Assembly (NCBI GenBank): GCA_014905635.1
Contig: JABVCE010000004.1
Location: 1,302,001 to 1,366,000 of the forward strand
DNA from: Scenedesmus sp. PABB004
Lineage: Eukaryota
Direction: 5' to 3'
DNA: 64,000 nt
A model generated the notes under the pieces. The model searched no databases and was not told the origin of the DNA. It worked only from the letters and a program-made list of their open reading frames with translations. A program made the translations under genes and the position numbers. Numbering within the stretch: position 1 is the first letter of the stretch; each line of letters opens with the position of its first letter. Positions 35,460 through 47,117 of the stretch are shown in pieces.

Positions 35460-35875
35460 ACGGCCTCTCGCGCGGGCGCGCGACCCGGCTGGCACCGCGT
35501 GGCGCGGGGAGGCGCCCTCGATGCGGGGCGTGCGGGCGTTGGCGCTGGCCGTCCTCGTGCTGCGCGTTTGATTGGCCGCCGGCTTGTCGCGAGTTCTCTG
35601 GGCAACGCACGCACACAGGGCGACCGCGTCAGGCCGCGCGGGCTCAGCCCCCGGGCCCTCGCGCTGCGCCGCTGCTCGCTGCCAACGACGACGGCCGCCG
35701 CGGCCCGCCGCCGCGAGCAGACCGCTCCATGCTCGCTCCCCCGCCGCAGCCCGCCAGGCCACGCGCGATCGGCGGCATCGGAGGGGCCGCTGCCGCTCGG
35801 TGCGCCGCTGCCGCGCCGCGCGCCGCTGCACGCCGCGGGGCCGCTGCCGCGCCGCGCGCCGGCGCCGCCGCCGCG

Positions 35876-36580
35876 ATGGCGGGCGACTACTCCCTCTGGC
35901 TGCGCCCGGCGGGGCCGACCGCGGCCAAGCTGCGCGCGGAGATCGAGCGCCAGGCGGCGGAGCAGGGCGCCCCGCGCTTCGAGCCGCACGTCACGCTGCT
36001 GCCCGACATCGCGGGCGAGCGCGAGGCGCTCGTCGCCGCGGCGAAGGACCTGGCGGCCGGCATCAAGGCACGCGGCCGCGGCCGCGGCGACGGGGGTGCC
36101 GCGCGCGCCCGCCGCCCCGCCGCCCCGCCGCCCCGCCGCCCCGCCGCCAAGCCGCCCGCCGCGCCGCCCACCCGCCTCGCCCGGCTCGCCCCCGCGCGGC
36201 GCGCGCAGCGCTTCCGCGTCAACTTCCTCAACGTATCCCAGGGCAGCACCTTCCACCGCTGCGTGTACCTGCTGGTGGCCAAGGAGGAGGGCATCATGGC
36301 CGCCGGCGCCGCGGCGCGCCGCACGCTCGGCGCGCCGCCGGGCGACGACTTCATGCCCCACCTCTCCCTGCTCTACGCCGAGCCGACGCCCGAGGCGCGC
36401 TCCGCGGCGGTGGTGGCCGCGATCGGGCGGCTCTACGGCGAGGCGGCGTCGTACGACGGGCTGCTCGTCGACGCGGGGTATGCCGCCGAGAGCCTCTCCC
36501 TCTGGTTCACGCCCGCCGCGGACCGCAGCCTCGCGAGCTGGGAGCAGGTCGCGGAGTTCCCGCTCGCGCCCGCGGAGTGA
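35876..36580 (+). CDS. Cyclic phosphodiesterase (2H phosphoesterase, CPDase)
   Basis: YSLWLRP, FEPHVTL and FMPHLSLLY (two HxT/S motifs); ends with SWEQVAEFPL. Confidence 0.9.
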   Translation: MAGDYSLWLRPAGPTAAKLRAEIERQAAEQGAPRFEPHVTLLPDIAGEREALVAAAKDLAAGIKARGRGRGDGGAARARRPAAPPPRRPAAKPPAAPPTRLARLAPARRAQRFRVNFLNVSQGSTFHRCVYLLVAKEEGIMAAGAAARRTLGAPPGDDFMPHLSLLYAEPTPEARSAAVVAAIGRLYGEAASYDGLLVDAGYAAESLSLWFTPAADRSLASWEQVAEFPLAPAE

Positions 36581-36980
36581 GCGCGCCACGGGGGCGCCGC
36601 CGGGCGCAGCGCCGGGCGGGCGCGGCCAACGCCCGGGGTGAAAAGCGGGCGGGGTTGAGGGCATGGCGGCGTGCGTCACACGCCGCTGCCGCTGCCGCCG
36701 CTGCTGCTGGCACGGCACTGAAAAGTGCATGGAAGCTCTGGGAAGGACGTCCATCTGGGCTGCCCCCCCTGCCGCCCCTCGCCGACGCCGCGACAGCGCA
36801 CGCGTGCACGGCGGCGTGAGCAGGCCGGCGGCGCGGTGCACGGCGTGCTGCGTCGGCGTGGTAAAGATGGACGTGGCGTAGGCGGGCGGGCGCCTGCCGG
36901 GCCCCCGCAGGCGCGGGGCGGGCCCGCCGCCATCTGTGTGCGCCTCTGACCGGGGCCCTCGTCCCAGGCGCGCTTCCACG

Positions 36981-39900
36981 ATGTTCGCCTACCTCAGGTG
37001 CGGGAGGGTAACTGTCTGGCGCAGGCCCTCGCGGCCGCGCAGCGCGTGCGGCGCGCCCGGCGCGCAGGCGGGGCGCCGACAGCAGCGGCGCGGCGCGCCG
37101 CCGCTGCCGCCGCCACCGCGCAGCAAGAAGATCGCGCTGCCGGGCGCCCCCAAGCTGCGATGCATCGCCTGGAACAGCGAGCAGGGATGGATCGCGTGCG
37201 GCGGCGAGGGCGCCCTGCTCAAGGCGCGGGCGGGCGCGGCGCGCGCGTGCGGCCGCCGCGGCCGGGGCGCCCGCGACCGCCGGCGCGCGCGCGCGCCGCA
37301 GGTCCTGCGCCTGGAGGCCGCGCCGGCCGCGGCGGGCGGCGGCGGCGCCCCGGCGGCGGCGGCGCCCGCGGGCGGCGGCGGCGGCGCGCTCGCGCTGAAC
37401 CAGTCGCTCGAGGGCCACAGCGGCGCGGTCGTGTGCGCGGCGTGGAACCACGCGCACGGCAAGCTGACCACGGCCGACGACGCGGGGCTCATCATCGTGT
37501 GGACGCTCTTCAACGGCGGCTGGCACGAGGAGATGGTCAACAACAGGCGCGGCGCGCTGCGCGCGCTGCGCGCGCTGCGGCGGGCGGGGCCGAGGGGGGG
37601 TGTTGGCCGGGGTGCGCCCCACGCGCCAGAGCGCAGCCTCGGGCCGCTGGCGCGCGCGGCGGCGGCGCGGTCAGCGGCTGCCTCCCGCGCGCGCGCGCGT
37701 GCTTGCAGGAACAAGGGTGCGGTGCGCGACATGCGCTGGACGCCGCGCGGCGACCGCATCGCGATCGCCTACGACGACGGCGCGGTCATCGTGGGCGCCG
37801 TGGACGGCACGCGGCTGTGGGGCAAGGAGCTGGGCATGGCGCTCTCCCTGCTCGAGTGGGCGCCCGACGGCCGCTTCCTGGTCTTTGCGACCGCGGGCGG
37901 CGACGTGCACACGTACGACGCCAACGGCAACGCCGTGCAGAGGGTGCCGCTCCTCTGCAACGAGGGCGTCGTCGGTGCGCGGCCCCGCCGCGCGCTGCGT
38001 CGTGCCCCGCGGCGGCGGTGCCCCCACGCGTTGCGGGGCCCAACGCCGCCGCCGCGCCGCGCCCCGCGCCGCCGCCCGGCAGGCCCCTGCCGCGCGGTCG
38101 GCCTCGAGTGGTACGACGGCAGCCGCGGCCACGCGGAGCCGGGCTGCCCCGTGCTCGCGGTGGCGCTGGACAACGGCCGCATGCAGGCACGCGCGCACGC
38201 AGGCGCGCGCGCGGGCGCGGCCTCGCCGCCCGCCGGCGCTGAGCGGCGCGCGGCGCGCGTCTCGCAGCTGATGCGGCACGACACGGACGACAGCCCTGTG
38301 TGCGTCGACACGGGCATCAAGCCGCGCGTGATCAAGTGGAACCACAACGGCTCGGTGCGCGCGGCGCCAACAGGGGCCGGCTTCCGCGGCGCGCGCCGCC
38401 GGCGCACGCGGCTCACGCCCGTGCCACCGCCGCCTCGCCGCGCTGCGCAGGTGCTCGCGGTGGCGGGGCACCAGCCCACGCCCGACGGCGGCGCGCTGTG
38501 GCTGGTGCAGTTTTACAGCCCGGCCGGCGAGCACCTGCGCACGCTGCGCGTGCCCGGCGGCGGCGTCGCGGGCATCGCGTGGGAGGGCAGCGGGCTGCGC
38601 CTCGGCCTCGCGGTCGACGCGCAGCTGCTCTTTGCGAGCCTGCGCCCGCACCACCTGTGGGCCTACTTTTCGGACACGCTCGTGTACGCCTTCACCAAGC
38701 GCGAGCGCCCCGAGCACTGCGTGCTGTTCTGGGGCACGCGCAGCAACGAGCGCCACGCCAAGTACGTCAGGCGCGTGAGCCACATCGCCGCGCACGGCGA
38801 GTTCTGCCTGCTCGCCAGCAAGGTGCGGCGGCGCGGCCGCCGCAAGCGCCGCCGCCGCGCCCGCCGGGGCTGCCGCCGAGCGTGCCGTGCGGGCCGCGCG
38901 CCACTCGCGGGCCGGCGCAGGGCGAGGCGGCGGGCGAGCACGTCCTGATCCTTTGCAACGCCATCGGCAGCCCTGTGGACAGCAAGACCATCGACCTGGA
39001 GCCCAAGCACGTCCTGCTCACCGGTGCGGCACCGCTGCGCGGCGCGGTGCTGCGGGCTGCGCACCGGGCGCGCGGCGCCCGGCACGAGCTCGAGGCGGCG
39101 GGCCCGCGCGCCGCGCGCGCCGCAGACTGCTACGCCATCGCCGCGTCGGACGAGGTCGTGTACGTCTGGCACTTCCGCAACGCCTTCACGCGCGCGCTCG
39201 TTGCGGCCGAGGCGCCGGCGCCCGGCGCCGGCGGAGTAGGCGGCGGCGGCGCCGGCGGCGGCGGCGGCGCGGCGAGCAAGCTGCAGCGCGAGGGGCGGGA
39301 GCGGATGTTTCACATCGACGCCCCCGGCGACCCCCAGGTGCGCGGCGCGCGGGGGCGCTGGGGCGCTGGGCTTGCCCGCAGCCGCGCCTGCCGCCGCGCC
39401 GCCGCCAGACCCGTCCCCGCCGCCTCCCGCCAGGCGCCGGAGCTGTTCAAGGCCGCGGCGCAGCCCGGCGCGTGCGCCGACCCCATCGCCGCGGTGACGG
39501 CGCGCGCGCACTCGCTGCTAGTCGCGCGCGGGAGCGGCCTCGTGCACGCGTTCGGCGTGCCCGGCCTCGCGCCGGCGGGGCAGCACCTGCTGCGCTGCCG
39601 GCCCGCGCGGCTGGCGCTCAACTGCGACGGCAGCCGCCTCGCGGTCGTGGACTTTGGCGGCGTGCTGAGCCTGATGGACCTGGCCGCCCCCGGCGCGGGC
39701 AAGATGACGGGCGAGCACCTGGCCTACGAGCGCAAGGTGCGGCCGCGGCGGCAGCCGCGCGGCTGCAGCGGCGCGGGCGCTGCGCCGCGCCGTGCCGCGT
39801 CGCGCCGCCGGCGACGCGCGCGATGGGTGCGCGCGCGCGCGCGCGCGCAGGACGTGTGGGACCTGTGCTGGGCGTCGGACAACCCCGAGCTGCTCGCGGT

Positions 39901-42881
39901 CGCGGAGAAGGGCCGCATGCTCGTGCTGCGCGGCGAGGCGCCCGAGGAGCCGGTGCCTAGCAGCGCCTACCTGGCGGCCTTCAGCGACCTGCAGGCGCGC
40001 GTGGGGCGCCGCCGCCGCTGCGAGGCCGTCACGGCCCGCGCGGTCGCGGGCCGTGCTGCCGCTGCCGCCGCGCTACTGCCCCGACGCTGCCGCCCCGCGC
40101 TGCAGGTGCGGGGCGTCCTGCTGGACGACATCATGCAGCACCCCGACCTGCCGGAGCTGGGCATGGTGGCCGACCTGGAGACGCGCAGCCTGCGGTGCGC
40201 GCGCGCAGCACCACGGGCTGCAGCGTGCCACGCGCCGCTAGCCACGCCGGCCTCCGCGCCAGCATCACATGCGCGGGCACCCGCGCACCGCCGCGCGCCG
40301 CAGGGACACGCGCGCGCTGCTGGCCGCGGGCGCCGAGGCGGACGCGCATGAGTTCATCGCGGCCAACCCCCATGCGCGCCTGTGGACGCTGCTCGCGGAG
40401 CACGCGCTCGAGCGCCTCGACCTGCACACCGCGGAGCGCGCGTTTGTGCGCGCGCGCGATTTCCAGGGCGCCGCGCTCGCGCGGCACGTCGCGGGCCTGG
40501 GCGACCGCGCGAAGCAGGCCGCGGAGGTTCACGTGTACTTCAAGCGCTTTGAGGAGGCGGAGGACCTCTACCGCGCGATGGACCGCCTCGACCTCGCCAT
40601 CGGCCTGCGCGGCCGCCTCGGTGCGCGGCGTTGGTCGGCGCGCCAACACGCGCGGGCGCAGCGCACAGCGCGCAGCGCGGCTCGCCCGGCGCCTCCCGGC
40701 ACGTCACGCGCCCCGCCCGCCTGCGCCGCCGGGGTGAGGGGCCAGGCGACTGGTTCAAGGTCGAGGCGCTCATCAAGGAGAGCGGCGGCAACGACGCGGC
40801 GCTCGCGGGCGCGTGGGACCGCATCGGGCACTACTACAGCGACCGCCAGCGCTGGGCCAAGGCGGCGACGTACTACACGCAGTCGCGCAACACGCCCATG
40901 CTCGCGGCCTGCCTGTACCAGCTGGAGGACTTTGACGGCCTGCTGAAGCTCGTCGAGGTGCTGCCGGAGGGCCAGCCGCTGCTGGCCGACATCGGCGCCA
41001 AGCTGCAGAGCGTCGGCCTCTGCGCCGAGGCGGTCGCCGCGTTCCTCAAGGTGCAGGCAGCGGCGCGCGCACATACACAGCCAGCAGCAGCGCGGGCGGG
41101 GCGCGGCGGGCGGCGGCGCGCCGCGGCGCCCGCGCCTCAAAGGACCCGCCCCCGCCCTGCTCTCGCGCGCCCACCGCCCAGGCGGGCGACGCCAAGGCGG
41201 CGGTCGACGCGTGCGTGCTGCTGCACCAGTGGGACCAGGCGCTCGCGCTCGCGCAGGCGCACAACTACCCGCAGGCCGAGGGCCTGCTGCAGCAGTATGC
41301 GGGGCACCTGCTGAAGAAGAAGCGCCACCTCGAGGCGGCGGAGCTCTACCGCAAGGCGCGCTGCGCGGCGGCGCCTGGCTGGCTGGCTGGCTGGCGGGGC
41401 GCGTCGGCGGCGCCCACGTGCTGCACTGCCGCCAATGCCGAGGGCCCTCCGCACGCGCGCGCGGCGCAGGCGCAGCGCCACACCGAGGCGGCCAAGCTGC
41501 TGGTCGACATGGCGCAGCAGCTCGCGTCGCAGCGCGCGCCGCCGCTGGCGATCAAGAAGCTGTACGTCCTCGCCGCGCTCGAGGTGGAGGCGTTCAAGTG
41601 CAAGGCCCTCGCCGGCGCCGGCGGCGACGGCGCGAGCGCCGCCGCGACGCTGCTGGGCGCGCCGGGCGCGACGACGCGCGGCGGCCCGCCGGGCGCGACG
41701 ACGCGCGGCGGCCCGCCCGGCGCGCCGACGCGCGGCGGCCACGCCGTCGCCACCGCCGGCGCGGCGCCGCCAGCGACGGCCACGGCCGCCGCCGCGCACA
41801 CGCTGGCGGGTGCGGCGCGGGCGGCGGCGCGCGCCCGCGGCGTCCCGCCCGCCCGGCCGCCCGGCCGCGCGCTTGACCCTGGCCCGCCCGCCTGACCCCC
41901 GCCAGGCCTGATGACGCTCGAGGCCGCGGCGGCGGGCGGCGAGATGCGCGGCCTCGACGGCGCGTGGCGCGGCGCGGAGGCGTACCACTTCTGGCTGCTC
42001 GCGCACCGCCAGCTCTACGACGGCCAGGTGTGGCGTGCGCGTGTGCGTGTGTTCATGGGTGTGTGCTCGTGCGCGCGCGCGTGCCGGGGCCCGGCCGCCG
42101 CGCGCCCACACGGCGGCCGCGCGCCGCGCGCAGGTGGACGCGGCGCTGCGCACGGCGCTGCGGCTGCGCGCGTACGACGACCTGCTGGGCGCGGCGGACG
42201 TGTGGGCGTTCCTGGCGCTGGTCGGCTTCTACGCACGCTTCTACGGCACCTGCTCCAAGGCGCGCCGCGCCGCCGCGCCGCCGCGCTGCACCGCGCCCCT
42301 GCACACGCGCGCGCCCGGCGCGCGGCGGCCGAGCGCGGTGTGCGCCGCACCGCGCCGCGCAGGCGTTTGTGAAGCTCGAGTCTCTGCCCGGCCTGCCGCG
42401 CGAGGCGCGCGAGGCGTACGCCGACCTCGCGATGTCCATCTTCACCGCGCACCCGCCGGCCGACCCCGCGAGCCTCGCCGAGGGCCGCGACGCGGGCGGC
42501 GGCGCGGCCGCGGGCCGCGAGGCGCGCGCGCAGCACGAGGGCCTGCTGGACGACCTGGCGTCCGACAAGGACCAGGTGGGGTGGGGGTGGGGCGATGCAG
42601 TGGGGGGTGCGGCAGGCGCGGCCGCGCGTTCGGACGTGACCCGGTCAACTCCGACGCCGCCTGCGCGCGCCGCGCGACCGCAGGTGTGCGTGGCGTCCGG
42701 CAAGGCGGTGCGCGACGCGCCGGCGGTGCGCTGCCGCACCTGCAAGCACGCCGCCATCGTGACGGAGCTGGCGGGCCAGCGCGCGTGCCCGCTCTGCCAC
42801 AGCGCGCTGCCGGAGGGCGCCGCCGGCCGCAGCGGCGGCCGCGGGCCCAAGCAGGTGCGCGTGGTGGAGGGAACGGCGTGA
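36981..42881 (+). CDS. IFT121: Intraflagellar transport protein 121 / WDR35 (IFT-A)
   Basis: MFAYLSKKIALP..IAWNSEQGWIACGG, LNQSLEGH, LCNAIGSPVDSK, NPHARLWTLLAE, KKLYVLAALEVE, AWRGAEAYHFWLLAHRQLY, GTCSKAFVKLE and a C-terminal CVASG..CRTC..CPLCH finger; about 20 exons that join in frame. Confidence 0.95.
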
Positions 42882-43183
42882 GCGCGATTGTTCAGCGGGT
42901 GCAAATCCGATGAGGAGGCGGCGGCGTCGCGCAGCGGCTGCGGTGAACCGCTGCGTTTCGATTTCTGGGTCGCGCCGCCGGCCGCTCCCCGCAGCGCGGG
43001 CAGGCCTCCCCCGGCCCGCCCGCGTCCCGCGACGACCTCCCCGGCCCGCCCAGCCCCGCCTTCGGCCCCGCCCCGGAGGCAGCAGCGGCGAAAGAGTCCC
43101 CGCTGCCGGCCGCCGCTGCCAGCCCCGCCCAGCGCCCTCGCCGGCCACCCAGCGCCCTCTCCGTCTCCGGGGCGCCAGCAGCC

Positions 43184-43836
43184 ATGCCGCCGCTGACGCT
43201 CACGGTGCTGGCGGGCCCGGCGGCGGGCGCGGTGCTGAGCAAGGACGTGTCCAAGCTCAGCCTGGGCCGCGTGAAGACCGGCAACGCGCTGGCGCTCAAG
43301 GACGACATGGTGAGCAGCCGGCACGTCCAGCTGGAGTGGCGGGAGGACGCCTGGTACGCGCTGGACCTCGAGAGCAGCAACGGCACCAAGCTGAACGACG
43401 CGGAGCGCTCGATGCTGGAGGGTGCGCGGGGCGCGGCGGCGCGGCGGCGCCGCAGCCGGCGGCCCCCGGCGGCGGCACACACGCGCGCGCCGGCGCGCCG
43501 CCCCGCCCGCCCGCGGCGCGCAGGCCAGACGTACAAGCTGCGCAGCGGCGACCTGCTGCGGCTGGGGCCGCAGACGGTGGTGCAGCTGCAGTACATGGAG
43601 CCGGGCGACGACACGCTCACGGTCGCGGACAAGCTCACCGCCGATGCGGAGCGGCTCGCCGCCAGCATCAAGGTGCGCGCCGCCGCGCCGCCAGCGTTCG
43701 CGCGCCGCGCGCCGCGGTCGCTCACGCTGGCACGATCCGCGCGCAGGCGGCCGCCGCGGCGAGCGTGCACCAGATACGGTCGGACTGGGCGGAGCAGCGC
43801 GCGGCGCTGCAGCAGGCGGCGGGCGTGGCGAGCTGA
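43184..43836 (+). CDS. Small FHA-domain protein
   Basis: LGRVKTGN...VSSRH...DLESSNGTKLN...LRSGDLLRLG (conserved FHA G-R, SxxH and NGT residues), followed by a short helical tail. Confidence 0.88.
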
Positions 43837-44353
43837 CGGCAGGGCCGGCGGCGGCGGCGGCGGCGCGCGCTGCAGAAGCAGCAGCGCCGAGCGCAGCGGT
43901 GAAATTAGATGCGTGAGGGACGGCCGACTGCCGGCGTCCTTGCGCGCCGCAAACCCCGCGCCGTCCCAGACCGTGCCAGCGATGAGGGCGTCGCACAGGG
44001 AATCTCCGGGGCGCCGACCGGGCACGGGAGCACGAGCGCGCTGAGGTCCAACTGCTGCGCAGCCGCCTTGACCGCGGGCCAGCCCCCTCCGCCCTGCCCT
44101 TCGCGGCCCCGCTGCCCGCCCGCGCCACGCTTTCGGCGCTCACTGCGCCACGACGCGGCCGGACCGGCGCTCCGCACAGCGGCGCGAGCAGCAGCTGCGC
44201 GAGCGGCGGCGGCGCATCGCGCGCCCCCACGCCGCGCGCAGGCGGGTCCGGCCGTCGCCGGGACAGCTGCTACGACCATGTCCTAGCAGCTGAAGCCACC
44301 GCACCAGCGGCAGGCGCGGCCTGGGCGCGCGCGCGGCGGCGCGGCCGTTCGCG

Positions 44354-47028
44354 ATGGACAACCTGCTGGGCCAGATCAGCTCCAAGCTGGCGGGCAAGCC
44401 CAGCAAGGCCAGCATTCACGTGGTGGTCGACCCCAAGCAGGTGCGCAGCGATGCGCGGGCGGCGGCCGCGGCCGGCGCCGCGCCGCGCTCACGCCGGCGC
44501 CCACGCTGTGCGCCGCGCAGCCGGCGTTCGCCATTCCCGCGTCGCGCAAGGCGACGCCCAGCCCCAAGCAGGAGCACTCAGCGACCGAGGAGGAGGATCA
44601 GGTGTGTACGCGCGCGCGGCGCGGCCGTCCTGCAAGCCGCGGCCGCGCGCCACACGACCGCCGCGCCACACGACCGCCGCGCCCGCCAGCTGCAGGTGTG
44701 CGAGCGGGAGGACAGCGAGTCGTACGCCAAGCGCACCATCACCGAGATTGAGACGTGCCTGGGGTTTGCCTTCCACGCCGCGCCGGGCGAGGAGGACCCC
44801 GAGACCATCAGCTCGCGCGAGCTCGAGGTGTGGCGCGCGCGGCCCGGCGCCGGCGCGCGCCGCGCCGCCGCCCCCGCCTGCCGCGCGCGCGGCTCGGCTC
44901 GGCCTCGGGGCGGCTGCCCAATCGCCCCGCGCTGCCGCGCGCCGCAGACGCTGAACACGCAGGTCGAGGCGGCGCTGCAGTCGGGGCTCAACTTCAAAGA
45001 CCGCTTCCGCACCAACAGCCGCAAGCGCCTGCTGCCGCACGCCGAGCAGGAGCAGGAGGGGCAGCTCGGCGGCGCGCTGCCGGGTGCGCGGCGGCGCGCG
45101 GGAGGCGCCCGCTGCGGCGGCGGGCGGCGCGCGCGCCAGGCAGGAGGCCGCGCGCTGACGGCGGCCGCGCCGCCGCCTCCCGCGCGCAGAGGAGGGCGAG
45201 GACGCTGCTGCCGCGGACGAGCAGGGAGCGGCAGCCGATGCGGCAGCAGCGCAGGCAGCCGAGCAGCAGCAGCGGCAGCAGCCGCCGGCGCAGCCGCCGG
45301 GCGGCCGGCGCCGGGCGCCGCCGGCGCCGGCGCTGGGCGGGCTGAAGCTCGCAGTGGGCAGCCAGATGGAGACGGGCGAGTGGCGCACCAACGGCGTGTG
45401 GGTGCGCAAGGACAAGGCCGAGGGCGAGGGCGTGCCCACCAACCTCCAGGTCATCCCAGCGGACGACCTGGTCAAGGCGCGCGCGCGGCGCGCGGCGGCG
45501 GCGGCGACGGCGGCGGCAGCGGCATGACGCGCGCCCGCCGCCGCAGGTCAAGGAGCTCGGGCGCGGCTGCTTTGGCAGCGTGTGGCTCGCCAAGTGGCGC
45601 GGCGTGGAGGTGGCGCTCAAGGAGCTGCTCAACCCGGGCGGCGCGAACGACACCGCGGCGGTGGAGGTGTTTGCGGAGGCGGAGAAGCTCGCGAGCCTGC
45701 GGCACCCCTGCGTGATGGGCTTCTACGGCGTCGTCACCGACGGCAGCGGCGGCGGCGGCACGGTCGCGGAGTACGTGTGCCACGGCTCGCTGCGCTCGGG
45801 GCTGGCCAAGATCAAGAAGAAGGCGCGGCGGCGCGGCCCCGGGGGGGGGGGCAGGGGGGAGGGGGGGGGGGCGCAGGGGGCGGCGCGGGGCCGCACGGGG
45901 GGAGAAGCCCTGCGGGCGGCGCCGCCCGTGGTCGCGGGCGGCGGCCGAGGCCCCGCCCCCGTCCCGCGGCGCCCGGCGCCGGCCGGCCGCGCGCGCAGGG
46001 CATCAGCGACAAGCGCCTGCGCGCGTACATCGCGATGCAGAGCGCGTACGGCATGGAGTACCTGCACCTGCACTTCATGGCACGCGGGGGGGGGGGGGGG
46101 GCACGGGGCGCGCGCGCGCTGCGTGTGACGCGCGGCGGCGAGGCCCGACGGCGGTTCGCCCCTCCCCCTCCCCCGCGCGCGCGCGCCTCGCTCTCCGCCG
46201 CCGGCACAGGTCCACTTTGACCTCAAGTGCGACAACCTGCTGTGCGACCTGCGCGACCTCAACAAGCCGGTCGTCAAGATCGGCGACCTGGGGCTGAGCA
46301 AGACCAAGAAGGGCAGCTTCATCTCCGGCAACATGCGCGGCACGCTGCCGTGGTGCGCACGCACGCCCGCGCGCGGGCGCGGGGCGGGGGGCGCTGCGCG
46401 CGCGGCGGCGCGGCCGCGCGCGCGCGGGGGCCGGCGGGCTGACGGCGGCGGGCGGCGCGCGCGGCGCGCAGGATGGCGCCCGAGCTGTTCCCGTCGGTGC
46501 CGGGCGCGGCGTCGGGCGTGGCGGCGGCGCGCAAGGACCCGGAGGACCGCGTCACAGAGAAGGCGCGGCCCGCGGCGCGCGGCACGCGCGCCCGCCGCCC
46601 GCGGCAGCGCCGCGTCACTCACTCTTGCCGCCCCGCCCTGCGTGGCCCCCCAGGTGGACGTGTTTTCGTTCGGCGTCGTGCTGTGGGAGATCTGGACGCT
46701 CGGGGAGCAGCCCTACCCCAACCTGAGCCTGCAGGAGATCTTTGCGGGCGTGATGACGGGCACGCTGCGCCCCGCGCTGCCGCCCGGGTGCGACCCCGCG
46801 TGGGCGTCGCTCATGCAGGACTGCTGGCACGCGGTGCCGCGCATGCGGCCGAGCTTCACCGACATCATCGCCCGCCTCGAGGCCATGCTCCAGCGCTGGT
46901 CGGCCCACGCGCCGCCGGCGCCGCCGGCGGCCGGCGGCGGCGGCGGCGCGGTCGGCGCGGGTGGTGGGGGCGGCGCCGCCGGCGGCGCGCACCACGGCCC
47001 GGGCGGCACGCCGCGCGGCGCAGCGTGA
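44354..47028 (+). CDS. Raf-like (TKL) protein kinase resembling the plant B4 subgroup
   Basis: ELGAGCFGSV, VALK, VHFDLKCDNLL, KIGDLGLSK, MRGTLPWMAPELF and KVDVFSFGVVLWE. Confidence 0.9.
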
Positions 47029-47117
47029 GGCTGTGGCTGGCGCGCGTGCGCGGCTGGTCGGTATTTAAATCAGCGACGGCGCCGCCGCCCGCCCGCCGCC
47101 AGCCCGCGCGCGCGGGG

